Virus record (IMG/VR): IMGVR_UViG_3300030376_004503
Location: 7,895-71,894 of that record
Source: a virus
Lineage: Duplodnaviria > Caudoviricetes
DNA length: 64,000 nt
Strand: one strand, 5' to 3'
The notes under the pieces were generated by a model. It made no database searches. It saw nothing but the letters and a program-made list of their open reading frames with translations, and was not told the origin of the DNA. Positions 16,622 through 25,869 of this stretch are shown one piece after another. The translations under genes and the position numbers were made by a program. Each line of letters begins with the position of its first letter. Position 1 is the first letter of the stretch.

Positions 16622-17126
16622 TTATACCGGTAAGAATTTTGAATGGGAAATAAGAAAATCATTAGATGATACAGAATGCTGGTGGTTTAGAATACAAGAC
16701 ACCAATGATGTGTCAAGATTTGTGAAGAAAGCAATCGCAGAAAAACAACCCGGCGATTTCTTTGCAGTTCACGAAGGCACTCCTATTTTGATAGAGTGTA
16801 AGACCAGCAGAAACAAAACTTCTTTTCCCTTATATTATAATAAAAAGGCAGCAGTACCAGAACATCAAATACAATACGCTAAAGATTTAGTGAAAGCAGG
16901 TGGTGAAGCTTGGTTCTTTATTAGAAAAGATAAACCCCGTGATAAACGTGTGTTTGCATTAACACCTTATCAGTTAGATGCCATATACTGTGACGCAACA
17001 AGAAAGTCCGTTAAATGGGGTGTAATAGAGACAATGGGAATTGAACTCCCACGCCTCTCAAAACCTGTAAGATATGACTTAACAGAACTTTTAAATAGGA
17101 ACAAGGGTAGTGAACAAAATGATTAA
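16608..17126 (+). CDS. RecU/Hjc-like Holliday junction resolvase
   Basis: FEWEIRKSL...PGDFFAV...LIECKT...PEHQIQY PD-(D/E)XK pattern. Confidence 0.8.
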   Translation: MKANNYTGKNFEWEIRKSLDDTECWWFRIQDTNDVSRFVKKAIAEKQPGDFFAVHEGTPILIECKTSRNKTSFPLYYNKKAAVPEHQIQYAKDLVKAGGEAWFFIRKDKPRDKRVFALTPYQLDAIYCDATRKSVKWGVIETMGIELPRLSKPVRYDLTELLNRNKGSEQND

Positions 17127-17457
17127 AAAATTTCTGAATCAACTCAAGGACCTTGAGACAGGTCATATAGATTTAGATGAATTACTTAGCTCTGACAGAG
17201 ATAGAGCGGTGTATGAGAAGTGGATTGAGGTGTTTAATATTATGTCACCTATGGATATATTACAATCACTCAGCACTATTAACAATAGTATCAAGATGTC
17301 AAAGCGAGATGAAATTATATTACTAGCTTACACTAAGTTCTTTGAGCAAAAGATGGCTATGATAGGTAGCTTGCCAAAGAACATAACAGATATGTTTGGT
17401 AAAGAAAAGAAAAATGAAAAGAAAGGAAGCGAATATGACGGACAAATGTTTGGATAA
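17110..17457 (+). CDS. Hypothetical protein
   Basis: ORF track. Confidence 0.6.
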   Translation: MNKMIKKFLNQLKDLETGHIDLDELLSSDRDRAVYEKWIEVFNIMSPMDILQSLSTINNSIKMSKRDEIILLAYTKFFEQKMAMIGSLPKNITDMFGKEKKNEKKGSEYDGQMFG

Positions 17458-17716
17458 TTTTAAAAGGATGTGGGATAAATCCAATCCTAAGTTCAAACAT
17501 ACTATTGTCCAAAAGGTAGTGAATAAAGGATTAGAACCTACGTTTGAAAACTGTATGAATCATTGGCTTGGGCTAATAAAACCATACACATATCCTAAGA
17601 GTGGAAAGGTCGAACACCTGCACGTAGCAGAGTTAAACAAAAGGAGGAAATTATATGGAACCACACGCTCAATGGAGAACAAACATAGAAAGAAGAACCG
17701 AAAGCCTTACAGGTGA
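17435..17716 (+). CDS. Hypothetical basic protein
   Basis: ORF track 17396..17716; likely ATG 17435. Confidence 0.55.
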   Translation: MTDKCLDNFKRMWDKSNPKFKHTIVQKVVNKGLEPTFENCMNHWLGLIKPYTYPKSGKVEHLHVAELNKRRKLYGTTRSMENKHRKKNRKPYR

Positions 17717-17945
17717 TTGGTGGCCTTTCGTAGAAAATGTTAAGGATATTCTTGATAAAATGGATGAAATGCATCACGAATTTAATCAATTAGAGAATAA
17801 GGTTGATGAGACTATGGGACTCATAAAAAGTCTATACAAATCTTTTATAAAGATAGGTATATTTGACAAAGAGTTCAAGTTGAATTGGACCGCAGTGAAC
17901 AAAATTGGAGAAATAATAAATGACAGAGAAGAAGAAGATGAATGA
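17655..17945 (+). CDS. Hypothetical coiled-coil protein
   Basis: ORF track; GGAGG SD. Confidence 0.6.
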   Translation: MEPHAQWRTNIERRTESLTGDWWPFVENVKDILDKMDEMHHEFNQLENKVDETMGLIKSLYKSFIKIGIFDKEFKLNWTAVNKIGEIINDREEEDE

Positions 17946-18201
17946 AGAGCCAAAAGAATTGATGGAAAAGTTTGTGTTAGAAGCACGTGAAAACGATTTA
18001 CTTCGAGCACATTCCAGACACTCAATGAGATTAGGTAATGTCGAGTTAGACATTATACCTACAGATAAAACACAGTCTTTAGAAGATGTAATGAAGCAGT
18101 TTGCAGAGTTTGCTAAACTGTTGAAAGAATTGCACGGAGACGCACACTTAACTAGTGCTGACAATCCACCAAGCAGTAGTATGAGAGGAATGTTCGAGTG
18201 A
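17920..18201 (+). CDS. Hypothetical protein
   Basis: ORF track. Confidence 0.6.
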   Translation: MTEKKKMNEEPKELMEKFVLEARENDLLRAHSRHSMRLGNVELDIIPTDKTQSLEDVMKQFAEFAKLLKELHGDAHLTSADNPPSSSMRGMFE

Positions 18202-18491
18202 AACAAGCTAATAGTGTAATCAAAGTCTGTAGTATAGGTGATGAAGAAGCATATTTGGGTAAGTGTTGTATGTGCCAAAGAAGGGTGAATAATGACCCTG
18301 ATGAATTTTGGACTTCAGAAACCAGACTTATAGGTAATAAACTATTTTGCGGTGGATGTTTACTCGAACTTCACCCTGTAGTAGAAGAAGTAAAATATGA
18401 ATATAATACACAAGAAACTATAGCAAACAGGGAAGGATATTTCTATAGTATTGATATGGCCACAGGAAGAATGGTGATAGATGACAGTTAA
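18198..18491 (+). CDS. Zn-finger protein
   Basis: CCMC...CGGC. Confidence 0.6.
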   Translation: MKQANSVIKVCSIGDEEAYLGKCCMCQRRVNNDPDEFWTSETRLIGNKLFCGGCLLELHPVVEEVKYEYNTQETIANREGYFYSIDMATGRMVIDDS

Positions 18492-18495
18492 GGGC

Positions 18496-18508
18496 GAACT
18501 TATATATA
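18496..18508 (+). promoter_or_regulatory. TATA promoter of the replication operon
   Basis: gaacTTATATATA upstream of the ATG at 18542 (GAGGT SD). Confidence 0.65.
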
Positions 18509-18541
18509 CTGGGTTCGTCTTACTTAGCAAGAGGTAATAAA

Positions 18542-18751
18542 ATGCCACAAAGTAATGGAAAATTAGAAGAAATCGTCGGATTATTCCGAAACGAGAGCAA
18601 GAAAGGAGAAGTTTACTACTCCGGAAAGACTAAAGATGGAAAAGCAGTTGTAATGTTTAGGAATTCCTACTGGGAAGAAGGCAGCAACAAACCATACTTT
18701 AGATTGTACGACAAAGGCGACCAGCCGCAACAAACCCAAACCCAAGATTAA
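18542..18751 (+). CDS. Small beta-rich protein, possible ssDNA-binding protein
   Basis: VGLFRNESKKGEVYYSGK...KPYFRLY resembles small phage ssDNA-binding (DUF736-like) proteins. Confidence 0.4.
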   Translation: MPQSNGKLEEIVGLFRNESKKGEVYYSGKTKDGKAVVMFRNSYWEEGSNKPYFRLYDKGDQPQQTQTQD

Positions 18752-18752
18752 G

Positions 18753-19439
18753 GTGAGTGGTTTTAGCGATTGGATACAGTCGCCCAAGAGCGAGAGAGTA
18801 TGGTTAACCAACTCGATGACCGCTTTAGGTCAATTTGCTTATGTTAATCCTTTGAAAAACATTAAGCATTGGAGCAGTGCCAAGAATTCATATGTGAAGT
18901 GTTGGGCTGCTCTTGACCAAGATTGCTTTCACTGCCAAAATGGCATAAAGAAAAGCACAGATTATGTTTATGGTATCTATGTAAGTAAGGGTAATAACGA
19001 GGTTAAATACTTATCAGTAAATTTAACTACACACACTCATTTACAAAAGATATTTTCAACACTCTTTGATGATAACAAGAATCCTTGTGATATAGTTTTT
19101 AAGATTTCATATAGACAGTTAACTAATATGAATGGTAAAAAATATAACGGATATGATATTGTAGAATCAGATGAAGAGATGTATGTAAAAGAAGTATTTA
19201 GACCTTCACCGTTGGATGCATATCAAAATATGGTAAAGGATTTTAAATGGATTGTCCCTGAAGAATTAGTAATGAAACTTGTGGATTACGACCAGAAACC
19301 TATGAGTTTAATAGATTTATTCTTACTAATCAAAGAGATATACCCTATTATAGAAGATAAGGATGCAAAGAAGTATTCAATTAGATTAATAGAAAATGGA
19401 TTATTAGATGTTAAAAAAGCAAAGGAGTATAGACATTGA
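18753..19439 (+). CDS. Putative Zn-containing ssDNA-binding/replication protein
   Basis: KHW...KCW...DCFHC motif within a beta-rich body, upstream of the ATPase. Confidence 0.4.
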   Translation: MSGFSDWIQSPKSERVWLTNSMTALGQFAYVNPLKNIKHWSSAKNSYVKCWAALDQDCFHCQNGIKKSTDYVYGIYVSKGNNEVKYLSVNLTTHTHLQKIFSTLFDDNKNPCDIVFKISYRQLTNMNGKKYNGYDIVESDEEMYVKEVFRPSPLDAYQNMVKDFKWIVPEELVMKLVDYDQKPMSLIDLFLLIKEIYPIIEDKDAKKYSIRLIENGLLDVKKAKEYRH

Positions 19440-20830
19440 GCCAGTTTGAAATAACAGACTTAGTTAGATACTTCCACAATGTAAGAAACAGTAAAGGGGA
19501 ATTGGTCCCTATTATTGGAGAGGATAAACTAGCGGTTACTGCTGCTTTATCTTATCTTCTTGAAGATACAAACTTTATGATTAATGCTTATAGTGGAACA
19601 GGAAAGACAGTGATTATGAATGCTGTTTTTAATTTACTTGAAGGGACACCTATCAAGACTACAGTTATAGAACAGTTATCTGATACTGCTTTATGGTATA
19701 GTATGGATGAGATAAATGGTTCTAGATTCATAGCAATTCCTGAAGCACAGAAATGTCCGGAAAGTATTATTGAAATACTTAAAACTTGGGCAGATGATAG
19801 ACCAGCTATAAGGAAAAGAACTGATGTAACCATAAGTGACATACGTGAACAACGACTTATACCTAAGTTTGTGTTTATGTGTAAAGCTGTAGAAAATAAG
19901 CGTGGTGATGCATTCTTAGATGCTGAGTTAGAACGTAGATATATGGTCACACATACCAATCCTACAGTAAAACAGACCGAAGATGTTATCAAGTATAAAC
20001 TAGACACTACAGCAAGACCTCAAGAAGATATTATAACAATGACAGATGAGGAAATACAAGGATTAAAAGACCACATTGCTAAGTGTATCATTAACAGGGA
20101 TGATACTAGAGCAATACAAGTGCGTAATCCTTGCGCTCCCTTCTTATTTGATATTATACCTACATTATTCCCCATAGCACGGAGTAAAGTGCATTACTTC
20201 TTGAAGTTAATTAACGCTGTAGCAAGGTTTTACCCTGATGAAATGATGACAATGGAAAGAGATGGAAAGACTTATGGGTTAGTTACACCTAAACATAATT
20301 GGTTAGCTGCTCAGATATACTTAGATACTTTTGTTACAGAATGTTTACAGATGCCTTCACACGGTATTGACATACTTAAATTAATTCCAGACAGTGATAT
20401 AGACCAGTTTGGGATGGTGACAAGTGAAGTCGTAAAAATGAGTATGAAAGAAATACAGCAATGTGCTAGACAAGCTGGTTTACCTTTCGCTGGTAAGAGT
20501 GTTACACCACTACTCACATCTTTACAAATGCTTGGATTCCTTGAAATGGAAGAAGATAACGGTAAACGATTATACTTTAAATCACCATTGATTAGAGAAC
20601 CAAGCACTAAGATAAATTGGGGTGATGTAATAGATAATACAGCAGATTTAGTTAAAGATACTTGGGGTGAAATATCAAACGAGTATGTAGAAAGACATTG
20701 TACTGATGTGGAAGTTATCAACCCCTTCACTGGAGATACAGTTCAGTTAGGCACTATGTCCAAGAAACCTTCTCAAGTTGAAACGCCATCCTACAAACCT
20801 GAAGACTATGGAGGTTGGTATGAAGGTTAA
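19436..20830 (+). CDS. AAA+/MCM-related ATPase, putative replicative helicase
   Basis: Walker A AYSGTGKT; arginine-finger-like ELERRY; C-terminal wHTH-like segment. Confidence 0.7.
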   Translation: MSQFEITDLVRYFHNVRNSKGELVPIIGEDKLAVTAALSYLLEDTNFMINAYSGTGKTVIMNAVFNLLEGTPIKTTVIEQLSDTALWYSMDEINGSRFIAIPEAQKCPESIIEILKTWADDRPAIRKRTDVTISDIREQRLIPKFVFMCKAVENKRGDAFLDAELERRYMVTHTNPTVKQTEDVIKYKLDTTARPQEDIITMTDEEIQGLKDHIAKCIINRDDTRAIQVRNPCAPFLFDIIPTLFPIARSKVHYFLKLINAVARFYPDEMMTMERDGKTYGLVTPKHNWLAAQIYLDTFVTECLQMPSHGIDILKLIPDSDIDQFGMVTSEVVKMSMKEIQQCARQAGLPFAGKSVTPLLTSLQMLGFLEMEEDNGKRLYFKSPLIREPSTKINWGDVIDNTADLVKDTWGEISNEYVERHCTDVEVINPFTGDTVQLGTMSKKPSQVETPSYKPEDYGGWYEG

Positions 20831-21107
20831 ACTCCCATATAAACCACGTGGTGAAATGCTTGCTACTGTTACAGATATTACCGGTGGTTCTAGAATGAAA
20901 GCTTTCTGTGAAGATGATAAGTACAGAATGGTACGCATACCCGGCAGACTAAAGAAAAAAATGTGGTGTAGAGTAAATGATATTATAATTATTAAGAAAT
21001 GGGCAGTGCAAAGCGACGAGAAGAGTGATTTAGTTTACAGATACAGGCCTACAGAGCGCGAAGTTTTAAAAAGGAAGGGCCTAGTCCCAGAGAAGTTGAT
21101 AGTATGA
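20820..21107 (+). CDS. eif1a: Archaeal translation initiation factor aIF-1A (eIF1A family)
   Basis: GGSRMKAFCEDDKYRMVRIPGRLKKKMWCRVNDIIII..W..QSDEKSDLVYRY...LKRKG matches the aIF-1A OB-fold signature; GGAGG SD, ATG 20820. Confidence 0.92.
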   Translation: MKVKLPYKPRGEMLATVTDITGGSRMKAFCEDDKYRMVRIPGRLKKKMWCRVNDIIIIKKWAVQSDEKSDLVYRYRPTEREVLKRKGLVPEKLIV

Positions 21108-21361
21108 ATGAAGAAAAAGAAGAGCGAAGATTACAATGGGTAGCAATCCTTAGGGAATGTGCTCAGTATCACAATGTACAATATCAGGAATGTTTGTCTC
21201 CTATACTTGGAGCAGAAGAAACTGAAGATAGTATGATGCATAAAGTATGGGCTATGGCTATAATGGATGCTGTTGGATTGATTGAAGTGTTACCTGTTAT
21301 AGAGCAGGAAGAAGAGGATGAAGATGGGTTACCTCAGCATAGACCGGGACCTATTGGATGA
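21104..21361 (+). CDS. Hypothetical protein
   Basis: ORF track. Confidence 0.6.
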   Translation: MNEEKEERRLQWVAILRECAQYHNVQYQECLSPILGAEETEDSMMHKVWAMAIMDAVGLIEVLPVIEQEEEDEDGLPQHRPGPIG

Positions 21362-23595
21362 AAGTTCCTCTGTCAGCATTTAGTACTTACAACACAGTCA
21401 ACAGAATGACTGGTGACCAGCAAATAATAGTATGGCACAACGGCGATAAGAGAGTTATTAAGTCACCACGAACCCACAAATACTATATGCACGACCGTAA
21501 TGGTAGAGAGTACAATATGTTGGGTAAATCTACTACACAATTATTAAAGGAGTATCACGTAGAAAATTTAGGAGCACTTAGACCTGAAGCTATTTCTCCT
21601 TTAGCTAAGATAGATGGACTTACTAGAAATGAGATAGAACGAGTGTGCATAGAACACCCTGAGTTCTTCACTGAGTTTGAGAGTAGAGAACCTACATCAT
21701 TAGGGTTTGATTTAGAAGTAACCTCAGCAGATGGTTCCTTTCCCTCTGGACCTCAGCATCCTATAGTTGCAGTTGGTATTGTCACTGATGATGGTCAACG
21801 TGAGACTATTTTATGGGATGGTAAGGATGATAAAAAATTAATAATAGAATTCGCAAAGTTTGTAAAGAACTATGACCCTGATATTATTTACGGTTACAAC
21901 GTTATTGGTTACGATATACCACAGTTATTTGCTCGAGCAGGGCATCACAACATTAATTTAAGGCCCTATTTAAACCGTGACAACCACGAAACATATGGAT
22001 GGGAGTCTGATTTTTCATACCATAAGAAGATGAAAGTGGATACTTGGGGCAGGTTAGTGGTTGACGTTTACAACTTTGCATCACGAGATTACGCTCTTGC
22101 TGGATTAAGTAAAAGATTAAAAGATGTGTCTAGATTTTACGGTCTTAAACCTATTGAACTAGATTTTAACCTTAATGACATACTTGATTATGATTTAGAA
22201 ACAATAAATGAGTACGTGTTGAGTGACTGTGATGCAACAAAATATTTATTTAATCATTATTTTACACAACACAAGTATATCGCTGAGGTTCTTAAAGTTC
22301 CACTAGAAACCTATATGAACTCAGCAGATTCTTTTATAACTAAAATACTTCAAGGGAGGGCGCTATTTAAAAAGAAAATTTTAACGTTTGATAAAAACAA
22401 CGAAAGGCACCCTGAAGTTGAGAGCTTTCAAGCAGCGCACATTGACCTTTACAGTCCCGGATTTCATAAGTATAATTACAAGGTAGACTTTGCGTCTATG
22501 TATCCTAGTATAGCTCTTGCTTTAAATTTAGGACCAGATACTACACGTATATTAAGATATGAAGACTATGATATAACTCAGTTTGGTTGTGAGTCCGCTG
22601 AATCTGGATTGTATATGATATTAACTATACCAGATAGTGTATTAGATAAGAATGTTATTATCAGAGTTGATTTGAAAGATAAATCTTGTTTATATACAAT
22701 GTGTAAACAATTTAAAGAAATGCGTGAACCTTATAAAAGAATGAGTGGACACGAAGCAAAGAGTAAATCTAACGGTTTGAAGATAATGGTAAACACATTT
22801 TATGGAGCAAACACTAATCCCTATATGAGTTATGGAGACATAGCTGTAGGTCTAGCCATTACAGGTATAGCAAGATGGTTAATCTTAGGTGCTAAAAATA
22901 TTGTACAAAAAAGATACGGTGATAATGCTGTAGTTTACATACATACAGATGGTGTAAACACTAACTGTGATATAGATGTAGAATGGATTAATGATGAATT
23001 AAGAAATGCAATGACAAGTTTATTCCCACTCAGTGAGTCTGAATGGATATCTGTAGATAAAGACGAGTTCACTGAAGGTATTTGGATAGCAATAGGTAAC
23101 TACGTGTTAAGAAACCTTGATGGTTCTCTAACTAAACACGGTTCTACATTTAAGTCACGCAGTCGTTCTCCATTTTACGTTAAAGTATTAAATAAATTAA
23201 TTGATGCACGTTTAGATGACAAAGTAAATCAGGATTTTATAAAAGACTTATACAACTTTGAAAATTATGAAGTAGATGACTTTTTACAATCCCGAACTAT
23301 GAATCAAAACATAGCTGATTATAAGAACGAAAATGATTTAGTAGTGCAGTTAGCTACGAAAGCAAAAGCAGAAGGGCAGAAGGTAAAGATAGGTTCTTCT
23401 TTTTATTATTACAAAACTAATGGTGGTGTCGAACTTGAAGGAAATGTTGATAGTGTAGATGACATAGACATTAAATACCATTGGAACATTATATCTAATC
23501 TGTTACAAAAGTTTCAGTTAAATCAGTGGATAAATAAAAAACCACCGATTACAGCATTAGATAGGAAACAACAAAGTTTATTGGAGTTTGTATGA
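21358..23595 (+). CDS. polB: Family B DNA polymerase with 3'-5' exonuclease
   Basis: ExoI FDLE, ExoII YNVIGYD, ExoIII YVLSD; motif A DFASMYPS; motif B KIMVNTFYG; motif C YIHTDG. Confidence 0.95.
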   Translation: MKVPLSAFSTYNTVNRMTGDQQIIVWHNGDKRVIKSPRTHKYYMHDRNGREYNMLGKSTTQLLKEYHVENLGALRPEAISPLAKIDGLTRNEIERVCIEHPEFFTEFESREPTSLGFDLEVTSADGSFPSGPQHPIVAVGIVTDDGQRETILWDGKDDKKLIIEFAKFVKNYDPDIIYGYNVIGYDIPQLFARAGHHNINLRPYLNRDNHETYGWESDFSYHKKMKVDTWGRLVVDVYNFASRDYALAGLSKRLKDVSRFYGLKPIELDFNLNDILDYDLETINEYVLSDCDATKYLFNHYFTQHKYIAEVLKVPLETYMNSADSFITKILQGRALFKKKILTFDKNNERHPEVESFQAAHIDLYSPGFHKYNYKVDFASMYPSIALALNLGPDTTRILRYEDYDITQFGCESAESGLYMILTIPDSVLDKNVIIRVDLKDKSCLYTMCKQFKEMREPYKRMSGHEAKSKSNGLKIMVNTFYGANTNPYMSYGDIAVGLAITGIARWLILGAKNIVQKRYGDNAVVYIHTDGVNTNCDIDVEWINDELRNAMTSLFPLSESEWISVDKDEFTEGIWIAIGNYVLRNLDGSLTKHGSTFKSRSRSPFYVKVLNKLIDARLDDKVNQDFIKDLYNFENYEVDDFLQSRTMNQNIADYKNENDLVVQLATKAKAEGQKVKIGSSFYYYKTNGGVELEGNVDSVDDIDIKYHWNIISNLLQKFQLNQWINKKPPITALDRKQQSLLEFV

Positions 23596-23741
23596 AAGAA
23601 GTAGAAGCAATACCTGTGTGCCCTGATTGTAATTGCGTTATGTTCAAGAAAGAATATAATGGCGCATTCGGTATCCTCAATGGTTGGGGATGTTCCGAGT
23701 GTCACGTTACCCAATGGAAAGAGGTAGATAAATATGAGTAG
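23592..23741 (+). CDS. Zn-ribbon microprotein
   Basis: Manual ORF ...VCPDCNC...WGCSECHV... Confidence 0.65.
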   Translation: MKEVEAIPVCPDCNCVMFKKEYNGAFGILNGWGCSECHVTQWKEVDKYE

Positions 23742-24171
23742 AATAAATGTGAAGAAAGACTACGACTGGGGAATCGGTCGTGAAAAGATGGTCATCAAAC
23801 AGATTGGTGATGAGTTAGGAAAGGATTTCGAAAAGTTAGGTAAATTTGACCACTTCGATTATCTAGGATATAGAAATGGTAAACAATGTTATGTCGAAAT
23901 AAAGTCAAGACGTATATCAAAAGATGCATATGCAGAAACTATTGTTCCAGCATCTAAAGTTGCTAAAGCAATAGAACTAATAGGTATGGGAAATAAAGTA
24001 TTTTTTGTAATAAACTTTACTAATGGTATATGTTATTTAGATATGTGTAATGCTAACTTTAAATTAGGATATAATGCTCGCACTGACAGAGGTGCTGTAG
24101 AATTAAACCACTACGCATTCATACCATTAGACCAATTTAAGACAGCAGAACCTTTAAATATAATGGACTAG
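23734..24171 (+). CDS. PD-(D/E)XK nuclease
   Basis: FDHFDYL...YVEIKSR motif. Confidence 0.75.
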   Translation: MSRINVKKDYDWGIGREKMVIKQIGDELGKDFEKLGKFDHFDYLGYRNGKQCYVEIKSRRISKDAYAETIVPASKVAKAIELIGMGNKVFFVINFTNGICYLDMCNANFKLGYNARTDRGAVELNHYAFIPLDQFKTAEPLNIMD

Positions 24172-24198
24172 TGATTAATAATACACCTTGGAGGTGTA

Positions 24199-24396
24199 AT
24201 GATGGAAACAGAGAATGATAAAAAGTTAGCATCTTTTTTAAAAGATGAAGAAGTAAAAGTGGTTTGGAAAGAAGACGACAAGACAAAGGTAGGAAGAGGA
24301 AAGATAATGAACGATGATGATAATTTTATATATCTTACCGGAACTAAAGGTACAGTTATAGTCAGTAAAACTGATGTTATAGCTATCAAACAGTGA
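24199..24396 (+). CDS. Sm/Lsm/Hfq-like small protein
   Basis: 65 aa; V.V......G.I...D.NFI.L......V.K..V..I fits the Sm1/Sm2 spacing of Hfq/Lsm. Confidence 0.55.
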   Translation: MMETENDKKLASFLKDEEVKVVWKEDDKTKVGRGKIMNDDDNFIYLTGTKGTVIVSKTDVIAIKQ

Positions 24397-24403
24397 GGAA
24401 GAT

Positions 24404-25771
24404 ATGAACATAATGCCAATTTCAGATAGCCCTTGGGCACCAACGGGCTTCGGTACTAACACTAGAAACATAGCAAGTATTTTTGCAGATGCAGGACATA
24501 AGGTAGGATATGCTGGATGTCAAAATCCACAGCACGACCCTAATTGGGAAACACCTTGGCCATTAGGACAAGATGAAAAGAAAGTGTCCTTTGAAATATT
24601 ACCATTAATGTATCCCGGCGATGAAAAGTTCGGGGAAAAGTCTATTCAACACTGGTTAGAAGGTTTTAAACCAGATTTAGTTTTTACTCATTTAGATATT
24701 CAGATGTTTGATTATGTTACACACCACAAAAAACCTCCAATGGTAAACTTACCTTTAGCAGATGATAAAGGGACGTGGCAGAATCAACAACAGTTTATAA
24801 GATTAGCACGTAAAGCTTACAAAATGTCACAGAAACCTAGATTTAAATTAGGTTCTATTATTCCTATTGACGGTCAACCCTCAATTCCGGGTTGGTTACG
24901 CACAATGGAACACGTTGATTTCCCTATAGCTATGTCTAAATATGGACAACAGGTTATGTTAGATGATTTTGATGGTTATAAATCTACCTATATTCCTCAC
25001 GGTGTAGATACAGATTTCTTTAAACCAAGAGATATACCTAAACCTAATGATGCTTTCGTAGTTGGATGTGTAGCACGTAATCAACATAGAAAAAACATTC
25101 CTCGTTTAATGAGGTCGTTTAAATTATTTGTAGAGCGTAACAATTTAACACCTGATGACGCTAAGTTAATGTTACATATGCATTGGGAAGACCATATGGG
25201 TTGGAACATAGAATATATGACTAGTGACAAGGTGTTTGATATTAGAGATTACTTAGTCCCACCTACAATGGGTAACCTAGAAAAGGGCGAAAACCCAGAC
25301 GATGATGGTATGGTTGACATTTATAATATGATGGATGTACACGCACTCCCTACTGGTGGTGAAGGATTTGGTATACCAACAGTAGAAGCAATGGCTTGTG
25401 GTGTTCCTAATATTATATGTAATTACACTACTAGTTACGAATTAGTTGGTGCAGATGAACCAGAATGTCCACCTGAAATGTTATTCCCACACGGGTTAGA
25501 TGGTGACAACAAGTTGATAGAATCTGACAGAGGTATTCTTGTACCTTACAAAGATATGTGGTGGGATACTCCTATCAGAGCAGCTCCAATGAGGGCTTTA
25601 TGGGATGAACAAGCTGGCGCTGACGCTTTAGAATACTACTACAAAAACCGTGATGTATGTAAAGAACACGGAAAGAATGCACGTAAATATGCAATAAAAC
25701 ACTATGACTGGATGAAAGCAGTTGGCCCTATGTGGTTAGATTTTATCAAGACGGTGGAGAAACATATATGA
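24404..25771 (+). CDS. GT-B glycosyltransferase (GT4-like)
   Basis: SDSP..TGFG N-terminus; IPHGVD; RNQHRKNI; GEGFGIPTVEAMACG. Confidence 0.9.
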   Translation: MNIMPISDSPWAPTGFGTNTRNIASIFADAGHKVGYAGCQNPQHDPNWETPWPLGQDEKKVSFEILPLMYPGDEKFGEKSIQHWLEGFKPDLVFTHLDIQMFDYVTHHKKPPMVNLPLADDKGTWQNQQQFIRLARKAYKMSQKPRFKLGSIIPIDGQPSIPGWLRTMEHVDFPIAMSKYGQQVMLDDFDGYKSTYIPHGVDTDFFKPRDIPKPNDAFVVGCVARNQHRKNIPRLMRSFKLFVERNNLTPDDAKLMLHMHWEDHMGWNIEYMTSDKVFDIRDYLVPPTMGNLEKGENPDDDGMVDIYNMMDVHALPTGGEGFGIPTVEAMACGVPNIICNYTTSYELVGADEPECPPEMLFPHGLDGDNKLIESDRGILVPYKDMWWDTPIRAAPMRALWDEQAGADALEYYYKNRDVCKEHGKNARKYAIKHYDWMKAVGPMWLDFIKTVEKHI

Positions 25772-25869
25772 ATGATATAAATTGGACAGGACATTTAGAT
25801 GTTATGTTTTTTATTATATTATTTTATCCACTTGCAGTAGAATACCTTAAGTGGAGATTAGGGGTATGA
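25768..25869 (+). CDS. 33-aa single-TM micropeptide
   Basis: Manual ORF MNDINWTGHLDVMFFIILFYPLAVEYLKWRLGV with ATGA overlaps at both ends. Confidence 0.55.
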   Translation: MNDINWTGHLDVMFFIILFYPLAVEYLKWRLGV

